A stretch of DNA of 64,000 bases, taken from NCBI RefSeq assembly GCF_006345805.1, contig NC_043004.1, positions 71,238,001 to 71,302,000 on the forward strand. Reading direction: 5' to 3'. Shown piece by piece: positions 29,495 to 44,667 of the stretch. Source of the DNA: Octopus sinensis (lineage: Eukaryota). The first letter of the stretch is position 1, and each line of letters begins with the position of its first letter. The notes below the pieces were generated by a model. That model made no database searches. It had not been told where the DNA came from and was given only the letters and a program-made list of their open reading frames with translations. The translations under genes and the position numbers were made by a program.

Positions 29495-30265
29495 TATATA
29501 TATATGTCTGTTTATATATACACGCGTGCGTATAATGTCTGTGTTATTCGGTCTATATATGATGTGCGGTGCTTGCGGCTCCATCACACTTATTACCTTC
29601 ATAGACTTTAAATTTGATAATCTTCTGGTTCTTGTTATTGCTGTTATTGTCGTGGTTGCTGCTCTTCTTCTTCTTCTTCTTCTTCTTCTTCTTCTTCTTC
29701 TTCTTCTTCTTCTTCTTCTTCTTCTTCTTCTTCTTCTTTCTTTCTTTCTTTCTTTCTTCTTTTTTTTCTTCATCTCCATCTTATGCCTCTGCATCGTGTT
29801 CTTCATCTAATTCTTCTACGTTTCCTTATTCGTCTCCCTCTACTTTCTCTTCTTTGTTGTCTTCCTCATTATCAATATCAACATTATAATCTGTGTCATT
29901 AACTTCATGAAAATAATCATAATCGTGATCTACGACCACCCCTCAATTGTTTAGCCAAATTTCAGTCAAAAATATGTTTTATGCAATTCCTTCTTAACTT
30001 AATTTTATGTTCCAGGAATTTACGCTCCAATGATATAAAGGAAATCAAAGCAGACGCCTTTCGGAATCTGTCCAGGTTAACAAATCTGTAAGTTAAATCA
30101 TTCGTTCTTATACTACTTCATTGATGATATATTTCTGAATCTCGATTTTTCTTATCCTTCCTCATCTTTGCGAATATGTATGTGTGTGAATGTTTGCACA
30201 TTTCTTAGTTATGTGATATATAAGAGTGTGATAGTTTATGCGAACCATTTAGTATATGATTGTGT

Positions 30266-30315
<50 letters not shown>

Positions 30316-30614
30316 TGTCTCTGAGCAAAGTGTGTGATTTTGTATGTTAATATATGTGAATGTGAGTGAGAGCCTGTTCCTTAGATAATAAGTATATGAA
30401 AGGGTGACAACAGAGGAAACAGGTTTGTGCGATGTTTACGTCTCTATCACAACTGAATACCATCACAGACTTTACTTCTACGTCTTCTTGGTCTTGTTGT
30501 TGTGGCAGTCGTCATTCCTGTTGTTCTTTGTCTTCTTGTCCTTCTTTATTTTCTTCTTCTTCTTCTTCTTCTTCTTCTTCGTCTTCTTCTTCTTCTTCTT
30601 CTTCTTCTTCTCTC

Positions 30615-30653
<39 letters not shown>

Positions 30654-32554
30654 TCTTTTCTTCCTATACTTCTCATTCTTTATCTTCCCCTTCTGTTTCT
30701 TCTTGTTCTTCTCTTACATCATCATCATCATCGTTTACTGAACTTTTCCATGTTATTCTTCATATTTCTCAAATCTGCTCCTTTTAATTCTTTTTCTGTA
30801 TTTCGATGTTGTTTCTCTACTTTTTGATTTTCTACTCCGGTCCCTCACAACTTCACATGTTCACTCACTTCATATTCATCATCATTATCCTCAATACTAT
30901 CAACCAAAAAAATGTTTGCGCCATCTACAACAACGCCAGTACTATCACCATCATGTTTTTTTCTCTTACAGCAGGTATTTGTTTAGTCATAATATTTTGT
31001 TATACAACACTTCTATGAATTTCGCATCTGAAAATATATTTTATTTTACAGATATTTGCAAAATAATAATATCGAAACAATTGAAGTAAGGGCTTTCCAT
31101 GACCTGACCAGTTTAAGATCTCTGTAAGTTGGATAAATCTTGTTGATAAAATTGCATTGACAATATACTAATAAATATTCAAAATATTCCCATTAATATT
31201 CGCACCATATATTTGTTCCTCCTTACATTCCTAATGTGTTTTGATAGAAATATGTAATTGTGAGTGTCTGTAAATATGAGTCTGTGAGTCTGTGAATCTG
31301 AATATGTGCTGGCATGTATAACATTTCGTGTTCTACCCGCCCTGCTAAATCTTCTTATACACTCGAACGTCACTTCCTTTACAACTACGGATATTTTTAC
31401 TACCAACACCACCACCACCACACCACCACCGCAATAACTACTGCTACTACTACTACTACTACTACTAACAACAAAAATCCATACTATGTACACCGCAACC
31501 ACATGTGGCGCGGAAATTGTCGACGTTCTCGACCTTGTTCTCATCAGCGACATCCTCCTAATTTTTGTTGTTAAATATCTCGTTCATAAATATCGTCAAA
31601 TTCATCATTGTCCTCCTCCTCATCAATATCATTCATTACCACAAAATGCTGCCATCACATGAAGTATCTTCAACACAACCATCATCATCACCGATATTAA
31701 GATAATCATCTTCAATGTCATGTTCATAATCCCCATAGATAGGCTAAACCCATCATTATCAGAATAATCAATCTACATAAACGCTTTGTTATCACCACAA
31801 CAGACCTTAGACACTTCTCCTCTGTCTCATTACCATGCTCATCACTACCACACAATCTATAATCGACTCTACTATCACAATTCTGCATAAGCTGTGTCTC
31901 CCCTTCTTCCTCCCCATCCCCCTCCTCCTCATCATCATCAACATCATCATCAGTGCCATGAATTTTATGGAATTAATCATCATCGTGTTCTGATTTCCAT
32001 CGATTCCATCATTTAATTGCTTTGCCAAATTCGGTTACACATAAGTTCTATACAATTACATATTAACTCAATTTTATGTTCCAGGAATTTAAGTTCAAAT
32101 GATATTACAGCAATCAAAGCCGATATCTTCCGAAATCTGTCCAGTTTACACACACTGTAAGTAGAATAATTTCTTTTTATAGGATATATTTCATCGACGA
32201 TATATTTCTAAATCCGTAACATCTAGCCATCCTCCATATGAAGCTCCCTCACACTTCTTTCCCAGAATGGGTTTTAGTGTTTGGGAATCTGTGGGTGTCA
32301 GTGTGTGCCCATTTTGTAGATATGAGATATATGACATTTTGATCATTCAGGGGAACCATATGGGGCATGTATGTGCATGTTTCTATGCACGCCGAAATCT
32401 ATCTCTTTAGGATTTAATAAAATTATAATGGGTTCCGTTTGTTTTTTGGGGGATCACCCTGTATGTTCATGGGTGTAAATATGAGTGAGGACCCTTTCTT
32501 GAGATTTGAAATATGTATGTATGTGACAATTAAGTAAATAAATTATTTGAAACG

Positions 32555-32593
<39 letters not shown>

Positions 32594-33641
32594 TATATAT
32601 ATTATATATATAAGAAAATGACTCTCCCCAGACAGCAGAAAATGCTTCAACACACGAACTCATATAAAGTAGTGTTGCGGAGTTCAAAAAGACGAGAAAG
32701 TGCTATGACCCAATTTCGTTGGTTTAGAGCCGGACAGACTGGAGAAAGAAGTAATGGGTATTTGTCTTGTCACCGGTAAGGAAAAATTAATGAGTTGGGA
32801 AGTGGCAGTTGATCCCTACGGTCAGGGAAAGTTTAAGAAAAAAATTAAAACGCTACCCTTTATAAATGCGGCTGGCATTAGGGTTAGTTGGTCAGTTGGC
32901 GAGAGAGGGTCGATCAGAGACAGTCAGCAAGAACCGGAGAAGGAGTCAGTTGGCAAGAGACGGTCAGCCAAGAAGGCGGTGATGGCGAGAGGCAACAGCG
33001 AGGCAAGAAAGACAGACAGAGAGGAGTGAGGACTTGACAAGCGAGAGGAAGTAAAGGAGATGACAGCGAGAAGGCTAGATTGCTTATAGTAGGATTTTGT
33101 GAACGAGAAAACGTGCGGTAATGTTTGTTTATGCTTTTTGTTGTTGAATTTTGATGTGTGTTAAAAGAAAAGAGACTCTGTAAAAAGAACTGTGGAAAAG
33201 AAAGAAAAGAACTGTGAGATGTGTTCCTAAAAGGAAAAGAGCATTGTGTTAAAAGAAAGAGAAAGACTTTAATTTGGATTGTTTTTCAAATTCTGCATTG
33301 TGCATGCCATTGATTGTTTTTCTTTTAACTCTGTACGATCTGTTAAATGTTTTTCTTTAAATGTATCTAAAATGTATCACGTTTTAATTGATGTTGTAAA
33401 TATTGTATAAACTGTTGTTAAATGTAAGCAACTGCCTTCCGCTGTCTCTCTCTTCCTGTTGTTGTTGTTGGTTACTGGTTTGCGTTCGCGGCCAAGTCCT
33501 GCTTTCTGTGGTGGATTTCCGATTTGACTGAGCGTAGTCGTCGTCGTTCGACTTAGGGTCCTGAGTCTTAGTTGAGCGACGGCAGGTCGTAACAACATCT
33601 TGCAACCAAATCGAAAACGAATATATATATATATATATATA

Positions 33642-33689
<48 letters not shown>

Positions 33690-33933
33690 TTATATATATG
33701 TGTGTGTTGTGTCTGTGTGTGTGTGCGTGTGTGCATGTAAAAATCTGTGTCTGTTATTTATGAATATGCGGCGTGAGTATATCAAAATCTATGTAGTTCA
33801 CTCTGTATATCATGAATTAGTTTAGGTCTCTACCTCCTTTGATTATCATTAGGAGTTTTACATCTTCTATATATTCTGGTTGTTGTTGTTGATCTTCAAT
33901 GTTCTACTCCATCATTTTCTTCTTCTTCTTCTT

Positions 33934-34001
<68 letters not shown>

Positions 34002-36878
34002 CATTCCTCACTATCATCATTATCTTCATTTTATCTCACTTCTACTTCTTCCAATTCTTTCTCGTTTCTTTTTTGTTCTGCTTTCGTGAATTTCACTTCC
34101 TGTTTCTCAATATTTCTTCTTATTTTCTCCTTTCTCTATCATTCTCTTGATTTTCTATTCGTCAGGATCCTATCCTATGTAATTCCCAGCAACAAAAATT
34201 GCCGACAAAACCTGTGGCCTCCTCATCTACATCCTCATCGCCGTCGTCCTTTACATATTCATTCTTACCTTTCTCAAGAATAAACAAATTCATTACGGTC
34301 CCCTTCTTCATCAACATAATTCTTTACCACAAAATACTGCCATCAGATGCAGAAACGTAAACACTATCATCATCATCACCAACGTTACTATCCCTGCTTA
34401 CACCATAAACAATATCATATTCAGCATCATCATAGATGTGCTAATTCCCGTCGTTATGGGAATAATCAAAATTAACATCTCCCCACTATCAGCATCTTCG
34501 TCGTCATCCCTACAAACCATTATACTCTTCTCCTCTGTCTCATCAACATATTCCTCACTACCATATCGTCCACTATCAATTCTAACACTGTCAAAATCTT
34601 TCTACTCCACCTCCGCCCCTTCATCATCCTTATTATCATCGGCATTAACATCATCATCGCTGCTATGAACTTTATGGAATTAACCATAATCGCGATATAC
34701 ATTTCACCCGAACCATCATCTAATTGTTTCGCCAATATTCTGTCACAAATATATTCTTTACACTTCCTTCTTAACTTAATATTATGTTCCAGAAACTTGA
34801 CTTTTAATGATATGAAGGAAATCAAAGCAGACACCTTCCGAAATCTGCCCAGTTTAACAAATCTGTAAGTTAAAAACCCACTTTCTTATACTATTTCGTA
34901 AACAATATATTTCTAAATTTGTACTCTCTTCCTAGGCTTTATTTGAAGTTCCCCCACTTGTGTTTCCAAAGATGTGTTTTATTGTTTGCGAATATGTTTC
35001 TATGTGTGTGTGTGTGAAAGAGAGAGAGAGGGGGAGACAGGAGAAAGAGTGTGCCCATTTTTTAGCTATGTGATATATGAGAGCGTGATAGTTCATGAGA
35101 ACCGTCTAGTGTATGTTATGTGTGTCTATGTGTATGTGTAAAATCTGGCTCTGCCCTTTGTATATTAATAGGTGTGAATGTGAGAGCCTTTTCCTCAGAT
35201 AATAAATATATGAAAGTGTGTGACAATTGAGGGGACAAATTTGTGTGTTGGTTACGTCTCCATCATCACTGATTACCAGCGTAGAACTTACCTGTGCTTC
35301 TTGTTGCGCTTGTAGGTCTTTGTTTTTGTTATTGTTCTTCTTTTTTCTTCTTTTCCTTCTTCTTCTTCTTCTCCTCTTTCTTCTTCTTTGCCTTCTTCTT
35401 CTTCTTCTACTTCTTCTTCGTCTTCATCTACGTCTTCTTCTTTTCCTTGATCCCCTTTTGCTTCTTTTTTATCTTCTTCACTCTGTCTTTGTATATACAC
35501 ACATATATATGCTTGTGTGTTTCTTTGTGAGTTTGTGTGTGTGTGTGGATGCGTATGTGTGTATGTGTGTGTGTCTGTGCGTTTGTATAAATATCAAAGA
35601 TAATTATCAAGAATGATTATCCGTTCTAATAGTATTTAGGTCTTCATTATTCTTATTTATCTTTCGCTTTAATCACCAGTTCATTCGTTTTCCACTTTCT
35701 TTGAAATTTCTATCTCCATTTCATTTGTCTCTTCTGGTCTCAAACATTTACATGTCGTGCAAATTTAATATTCATTCCTTTTACGTCTTCATCTCCTTTA
35801 AATCTGACCACAGAATTTATGCCTTCTTTTGTTACATCATCATTCTCACCAGCTATATTTCTTCTTCTTGCTCTTCTTCTTCCCCTTCTTGATTTTCTTC
35901 TGGCTAGTTTCTTCTTCTTCTTCTTCTTCTTTTTCTTCTTCTTCCTTTTTATCTTTCTTCCTCTTCTGAGTCTTCTCTTTCTTCCTCTTGTTCTTCTCTT
36001 TCATCATCATCATCCTTTACTCGACCTTTCATCTTATTCTTCATATCCTTTGTTTTGCGTTTCTTCTTTATTTCATCCCACATCTAGCATTTGTATTTTA
36101 AAGAAACTCCTCAATTCTACTCCTTCAGCGTTTTGCTGTTGCTCTTTCTCTTTTTACTGCTTCACTTCGTCAACTCATCCTCTTTCTTCTCATATTTTTA
36201 TTAACCTACTCGTTTCAATTATTATTCAATCTTCTTTTCTTTTTTGTATGTTGTCCTAATTTTCACATACATTTTTCACCACTGTTTTATATTTTCAAAT
36301 CTTCATGATTACTCTTTCAGATTAATCATCACTATAATCAATATTGTCAATCTCACAAATATTTGCACCATTTAGAGCAATGTCAGTATTATCTCCATCA
36401 ATATATTCATCATCATGTTTTTTCTTAGAGCAGGTATTCATTTTGACATATTATTTTATGCTATACAGAAGTTCTATGAATTTTACCTTTGAAAATATAT
36501 TTTATTTTACAGAGATTTACAAAATAATAAGATCGAAAAAATTGGAGTAAGAGCTTTTCATGACCTGCCTAGTTTAAAATCTCTGTAAGTTGACAATATA
36601 CTAATAAATATTCAAAATCTACCCATTAATATTAGTCCCATTATCCTTGTCCCTCCCTACATTGTCAATGTGTTTTTATAGAGATGTGTGACTGCTCGTG
36701 AGTGTCTGTAAATATGCGTGTCTGTGAGTGTGTGAATGTAAATGTGTTGGCACGTATATCTTGTGTTTCACCTACGATGCTACATCTACTTACACATTCG
36801 AACGTGTTTTCCTTTACAATTACGGATTTTGCTGTTACTACAACCAAAACAGCATCAACGATGACAACAACAACAATG

Positions 36879-36919
<41 letters not shown>

Positions 36920-37663
36920 ACTACTACTACTACTACTTGTGTTGTTGCTGTTGTTCTTCGTCTTCTCCGTTATCGTCTTACTACTTCTTCACTATCTTCC
37001 TCTTCATCTTCTTCTTCTTCTTCTACCTCTTCTGGTTCCTTTCATCCTCTCTCTTTTCTCTTTTCTCTTCTTTTTCCCTGACTCTCACAATTTCTTCTTA
37101 TTTCATAACTTATTTATCAGTCGCTAGATTTTCTGTTCCCCTAAATTCCATACTATGTAAATCGCAACCACATCTGGCGCGGAATTTGTCGACTTTCTTG
37201 TCCAATTCGTCATCACCGACATCCTTCCCATTTTTGTTGTTAAATATCTCCTTCATAAACATCATCAAATTTATCATTGCTTCTTCATCATCAACATCAT
37301 TTATTACCACAAAATAGTGCTATCACTTGAAGAATCTTCAACGCAAACATCACCATCGCCAACATTAACATCATCAACATCAATGTCATATTCAGAATCA
37401 CCAGAGACATGCTAAACCACTTCAATAACAGAATAATCAGCATTAGCAGCATCACCCCTATCATCATCATCATCATCATAAACACGTTCGTGATGATCAC
37501 TACACACTCTATAATCTACTCTATCTCATTAGGGTAGTCATCACTATCACAAAGTCCACTATCAAATCTATTATCAGAATTATATTTCGACGCCACTTCC
37601 TCATAATAACCATCATTACCACCATTATAATCATCATCAATATCCTCCTCCTCCTCCTCCTCC

Positions 37664-37696
<33 letters not shown>

Positions 37697-38855
37697 ATAT
37701 CAGCAACGGTGCCATGAACTTTATGGTATTATTCAACATCGCGTTCTGATTTCCATAGCTTCCGTCATGTAATTGTTTAACCAAATTCTCTCACATATAT
37801 GTTCTATACAATTGCTTATTACTTGAATTTTATGTTCCAGGAATTTAACTTCAAATGATATTACAGCAATCAAAGCCGACATCTTCCGAAATCTGTCCAG
37901 TTTAACAACTCTGTAAGTAGAATGAGCTTATTTCATAGGATTTCATCGACGTTATATTTCTAAATCCGTAATACCGTTCCATCATTCATATGAATCTCCC
38001 TCAACTGACCTTCCAACGATGTGTTTTATTATTTTCCAATACGTGTGTGTGTGCGAGTGCGTGCCTATAACTTAGATATGGGACATATGACTTTGTAATA
38101 GCTCAGCGGAACCATCTGGGGCATGCATATGTATGTCTCTCTGTATGCAGAAAATCTATCTCTGTTGAAAATGTATGTTTTCTACAGGGTGACCAGAAAA
38201 GAAAAAAAAAACAGACCTCACAAATCTTTGAATAAACATGTTTGCATAAAACTACGCAGAATGATAGATCGAAATAAACAGTGGTCTCAGCATGACGAGG
38301 ATACCACCACAATTACATGTCTCGCTAGCCCGGCCGAGAGTGCGATTTCAGGAGGGACTGATTAACAGCAAGTGTGACATTGGGTGGGCAATGAATTCAC
38401 CGTTCTTGACCCCCACCCACATTTCTATCATTTTAAGTATAATGTTTACCAGAACAACCCTCAGACAACTGGTGAACTGAAGACAGCAATCACAGCAGAA
38501 ATCTGGGAAATCTCTAAAGAGGAATGCAATTGAGCAATTGACAATTTTACGCGACATATGCAAGTGATTGCGAGGCGTATGTCATTTAGAGCATATTTTA
38601 AAGAGAACATGTCTGCTGTGTAAAGGGAATGATCGTACACGGACCGAAGTATATGTTCTGAGATTTGCTGGAACTTTGTAGGATTTAATAACATTTTTAT
38701 GGGTTCTGTTTTTTGGGTGTCACTCTCTATGTTAATGAGTGTGAATGTTAATGAGTAACTTCTCCTTTAATCTGAAGTATAAAAGTGTGTAACAATTAAA
38801 AAGAAAAATTGGTTGAAACGTGTTGATGTGTGTATATATATATATAATATATATA

Positions 38856-38897
<42 letters not shown>

Positions 38898-38943
38898 ATT
38901 CCTCTGTTGACATAAAATCTATCTATTTATCTATCTATCTATC

Positions 38944-38976
<33 letters not shown>

Positions 38977-39038
38977 CTATCTATTATATCTATCTATCTA
39001 TACCTATCCTATCTATCTATCTATATCTCTATCTTATA

Positions 39039-39090
<52 letters not shown>

Positions 39091-41059
39091 GTGTGTGCAT
39101 GTAAATGTCTGTCTGTTTATTTATGAATATCTGCATGCGAGTATATCAAAATCTATGTGTAGTTCACTCTGTATATCATGAATTAGTTTAGGTCTCTACC
39201 TCCTTTGATTATTATAAGGAGTTTTACATCTTCTATATATTCTGGTTGTTGTTGTTGATCTTCAATTTTCTCCTCCTCCTCCTCCTCCTCCTTCTTCTTC
39301 TTCTTCTTCTTCTTCTTCTTCTTCTTCTTCTTCTTCTTCTTCTTCTTCTTCTTCTTCGTTTTCTCCTTCTCTTCTTTCACTTCTTTTTCGTATCATTTTT
39401 GTTCCACTTACGTGAATTTCCTTTCTATTTCTCAATATATCTTCTCATTTTCTCGTTACTCTCTCAATTGTCTTGATATAAATCTCAATCACGATTGCCG
39501 ACAAACATTCTTACCTGCTCGTCTATATTCTAATCATATCGTCCTTCACCTTTCGTTCTTACCTTTCTCAATCATAAACAAACCGGTCCCCTTCTTCATC
39601 AACATCATTCTTTACCACAAAATACTCCCATCAGATGCAGAATCTTAAAAAAATTATCATCATCACCAACGTTACCATTCCCACCTACATCATAAACAAT
39701 AACATATTCAGCATCATCAGAGATGTGCTAATTCCAATTGTTATGAGAATAATCAACATTAACATCATCACCTCCATCATCAGCATCTTAACATCTTCGT
39801 CATCATCACTACAAACCATGTATTCTTCTCCTGTGTCTCAAAAAAATATTCCTCACTACCATATCATCCACTATTAAATCTAACCCCCCAAAATCCACCT
39901 CCTCCTCTTCATCATCATTACAATTATCAACATCAACATCATCATCGATGCTATGAACTTTATGGAATAAATCATAATCGCGATCGACATTCCACGCCTA
40001 CCATCCTCTAATTGTTTAGACAAATATGTTCTACACAATTCCTTCTTAATCCAATATTGTTTTCCAGATACTTGACATTGAATGGTATGAACGAAATCGA
40101 AGCAGACACTTTCCGAAATCTGTCCAGTTTAACAAATCTGTAAGTGAAACCTTCTTTCTTATACTATTTCGTTGACGATGAACTCCTAAATCTGTAATAT
40201 CTTCCCATCCTTCATTGTAAGCTCCGTCAGCCCTCTTTCGGAAGATGTGTTCCATTGTTTGCGATTATGTGTGTGGGTGTGTGACCATTTCTTTCTTATG
40301 TGATATATGAGAGCGTGATAGTTCAGGCGAAACATTTATTGCGTATGCTTGTGCATGTCTCTGTGCATGTGTAAAGTCTGGCTCTGTCCAAAGTGTGTCA
40401 TTTTGTATATTAATATGTTTGAGTGTGAATGAGAGTCTGTTCCGCAGATAAATATATGAAAGTGTGACAATTGAGGAGAAATATTCGTGCGATGATTACG
40501 TCTCCATCATCACTGATTACCATGATAGACCTTACTTCTACTTATTCTTGGTTTTGTTGTTGCTGTTTTTGTTCTTCCTTTTTCCTTCTTCTGATTGCTA
40601 CTTTTCTTCATCTACGTCTTCTTTCCCTTGATCTTTTACTTCTTTTTTATCTTCTTCACTCTCTTTTTGTATATATACACACACACATATTTTTGTATGT
40701 TTCTTTGTGTGTGTGTGTGGTGTGTGTGTGTGTGGATGTTTCTCTTTGTGTGTGTATAAATATCAACGATTTAAGAATTTTGTCTCCACACTCCTTAATT
40801 TCTGTCTCTCAATTTCTACCTAAATCCATCTTATTCCTCTTTGGCTAAGCATGTGTTTATGCACATATCTTAGTGTGGATGAATGGGCATTCATGTTGAT
40901 ATGAGTATGTTTGTGAGTGTGCCAGCCCTCATCATTTCAACATGAAACCCTACAACTTTTCCTGGTTCGCTACATCATCAGCACCATTATAGAAACGAGT
41001 GACCAAGGGAATCATTAGCACGAATCACATCCAATTTCGGTCCCTAGTCCTCAGATCCA

Positions 41060-41102
<43 letters not shown>

Positions 41103-42751
41103 TCACTGTATACACACACATACACACACCACATATATACTCACACGGCCTTGAGCACAACATTTTAGAATATGCCTCATTATGTTTGTTGTACGGTTAG
41201 AGCATCCCAATCCTCTACCAAGTTGTCTACTGGTTGCAGCATGCCTTTCACAAATAGCATTGACCATTCTTTCTTGCATAGCAGCATTTTTGACAAGGCT
41301 TGGTCGCCCAGAAACGCTCTTTTGGCTGTATTGTTCCACGAAGAGTTGCATTTTTATAAATTCGCGCTGGTATATTGCGGTCTATTTGAAAGGCATTGCA
41401 AAGGTCACTCATTGTTTCATTTGCGACCCCATCTTTAATTTGCTGGTAGCGTAGAAGTATTGCCAGTCTATCTCTCTCACTAATTTGTTCACCTCGCCTG
41501 CGAACCATCTAAAGTTAATAATGATTCTTCTAATTCTACGTGTAAACATGTGTTGAATAGAACTCACCGAATAAATCTTAATTAACTGTGTTGTCAACTG
41601 TATGCACCTGACATATGGTAACGTGTATGCAGCCAGACTTTCCACACAGAGGATACATTTTTGTGTGTTTGTTTGAGAATGCCGGGATATGTCTATTTTG
41701 TGTGTTTGTGCTTCTATGGTTCTTCGACTTCCTTCTCGTTCCCTTTTTCTTCGATTACTTTTCTCCCCCTCATCTTCTCCTCTCCTTCTGGTAGCATCTT
41801 GTCTTTGTCTTCCTCCTCATCTACCTCTTCTCCTTTTCCTTGACCCTCTTTTACTTCTTCTTTCTCTCTGAATATACTCACACATACATATTTTGTTTGT
41901 TTGTGAGTGTGTCAGTGTGCCGCCGATCTGTCTCTTTCCGTGTCTCTGTGCGTTTCAATAAATATCAACGAATATCATCAACAATGATTGTCCTTTCTTA
42001 TTGTATTTATGTCTTCATTATTCATATTTATTTCCCCCTTTAATCACCGGATCATCCGTCTTCTCCATTTATTCTTTCTTTCTTTGAAAGTTCCATCTCT
42101 GTTTTAAACCATTTTTATGTTATATAAGTTTCCTGTCTTTCGCGTCTTTATCGCCGCCATTAAATCTGATCACAAAATTTCTAACTTCTTTTCTTACGTC
42201 ATCAACATCATTTCTTCTTCCTCCTTTCTTTTCCTTCTTCATTTTCTTCTTGTAACTTTAGCCATCATATTCTTCTTCATCTTCTTTAACTACTACTACT
42301 ACTACTACTAACTTACTACTACTACCACTACCAACACCCCACCACCATCACCACCACACCCCATCACCACCCCACCACCACACCACTACTACTACTACTA
42401 CACCCCACTATTACTACTACTACTACTACTACTACCAACCACCACCACCACCACCATCACCACCACCACCACACCACCACCCACCACCACTACTACTACA
42501 CTAACTCTACCACCACTATTACTACTACTACTACTATACTACTAACTACACCACTACCCACCACCACACCACCATCACTCACACCACACACCACCACCAC
42601 ACTACTACTACTACCCCCACTACTACTACTACTACTTACTACCACCACCACCACCCATCACCACCATACACCACCACCACACCACCACCACCACTACTAC
42701 TACTCACCAACAATACTACTACTACTACAACTACTAAACAATACTACCACC

Positions 42752-42785
<34 letters not shown>

Positions 42786-43810
42786 TACTACTACTACTAC
42801 TAACTATCTCATATTTTTTCTTTACCTGCCGCTTCTTATTCTTCTCTTTGTTCTTCCTCTTGTTCTTCTTTTGCATCATCATCATCATCATCATCATCCT
42901 TTACACAACATTTTATGCTATTCTTCATAATCTTCTTCGTTTTCCATTTCTTCTTTGTTTCATCCGATTTCTCGCATTTGTATTTTACATATTCCACTTC
43001 TCATTGCTACTCCTTTTACTTTTCTCCTGTATCTTGATGTTTCTCTTTTGTTTTGATCTTCTACTCCAGTCTCTCGTCACATCTCCCTCTTTCTTCTCTT
43101 CATTTTATTTTCCTAATCACTTCAATTTTTCTCAAAGCTCTTTTCCTTTTTATTCATTACGTTGTCGAAATGTTCACATACATTCTTCACCACTGTTTAT
43201 ATTTTCAATTCTTCATGATCTCATTTTTCATATTAATCATCACTATTATTAATATTGTCAATCTCACAAATATTTGCACCATTTAGAGCAACGTCACTAT
43301 TATCTCCATCAATATATTCATCATCAAGGACTTTTACTTCCAGCAGGTATTCGTTTAGCCATAATATTTTATGTTATACAACAATTCTATGAATTTCACC
43401 TATGAAAATATATTTTATGTTACAGATATTTGCAAAATAACAATATTGAAACGATCGAAGTAAGAGCTTTGCATGATCTGCCCAGTTTAAAATCTCTGTA
43501 AGTTGGATATGTCTTGTTCATAAAATTTTATTGACAATATATCACTAAATATTCAAAATATCCCCATTCATATTCGCCACACCAATGTGTTTTGATAGAG
43601 ATGTGTGATTGTTCGTGTCTGTAAATATGTGTATCCCTGTGTGCGTCAATATGAACATGTGTTGTCATGAATAATATTTTGTGTTCCTCTCAAACTGCTT
43701 GTTCTACTTATCCACTCGAACGGGAATTCCTTTACATCTACAGACATTGCTGTTACTACAACCACAACAGTATCGATGACAATAACTACTACTACTACTA
43801 CTACTACTAC

Positions 43811-43849
<39 letters not shown>

Positions 43850-44636
43850 TGTCATTCACGCTGTTGATGTTGTTGCTGATATTCTTTAATTTTATCATTT
43901 ATATAATAAATGCCCTGATGCAGCACAAGGCAGTGGTTCTCATGGCTTCTGATCTTAACTGATTGGAAGTGTTATCATGTACATTGTTTTGTCTTGGTAT
44001 AAAAGATGGGCTACGGCAAATATTCTGCTCAATACCACAGATTTGCTTATCAGTTGCTTAACCTTAACCAGTTGAGCATGTCCTTGGTGACTGACGATAT
44101 GTGCATCTGATGCACATCATCAGCAAGACCTCGGGAAAAAAATCTTATTGCACAGGACGTTTTGACGGGATTAGGCGACTTCTTTGAAGAAAATTCTAAC
44201 TGGGCCCCACCTGCAAGGCATGTGCTGCTTATCTTGATATGAGATCACTAATGTCGCGCACATAAGGTTGTGAGTATGTGCCTGGTGTACCCTTTCACGA
44301 CGGGTAGTCATGATGGTATACTGGGCTTGCGCATAGTGTACCCCAGTGGTCATTTGATGGCATTGAACTTGTATCTCAGAATAATAATAATAATAATAAT
44401 AATAATAAGTAATTATATATCAACTAAAAACAAAAACTTTTTTTTTTAGACAGTCATTAGGTTACAACATCCCCACCCCCGAAAATATATGGCTACACTA
44501 GGCAGTAAACAACAACATTGAACTTCCAACCCTGTTGTCTCTTGAGGTCTCTGGGTGAGACTTGGAGCAACTTGTACAGATATAAGCAAAAGTCAACATA
44601 GATAATAATAATAATATAATTATTATTATATTATTA

Positions 44637-44667
<31 letters not shown>

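Noticed and set aside
29941-40477. Docking/selector pairing between cctcaattgt (before exon 5) and acaattgagg (after B exons)
   Set aside because: Only 10 nt, largely the palindrome caattg, and not conserved before other exons; compatible with chance.
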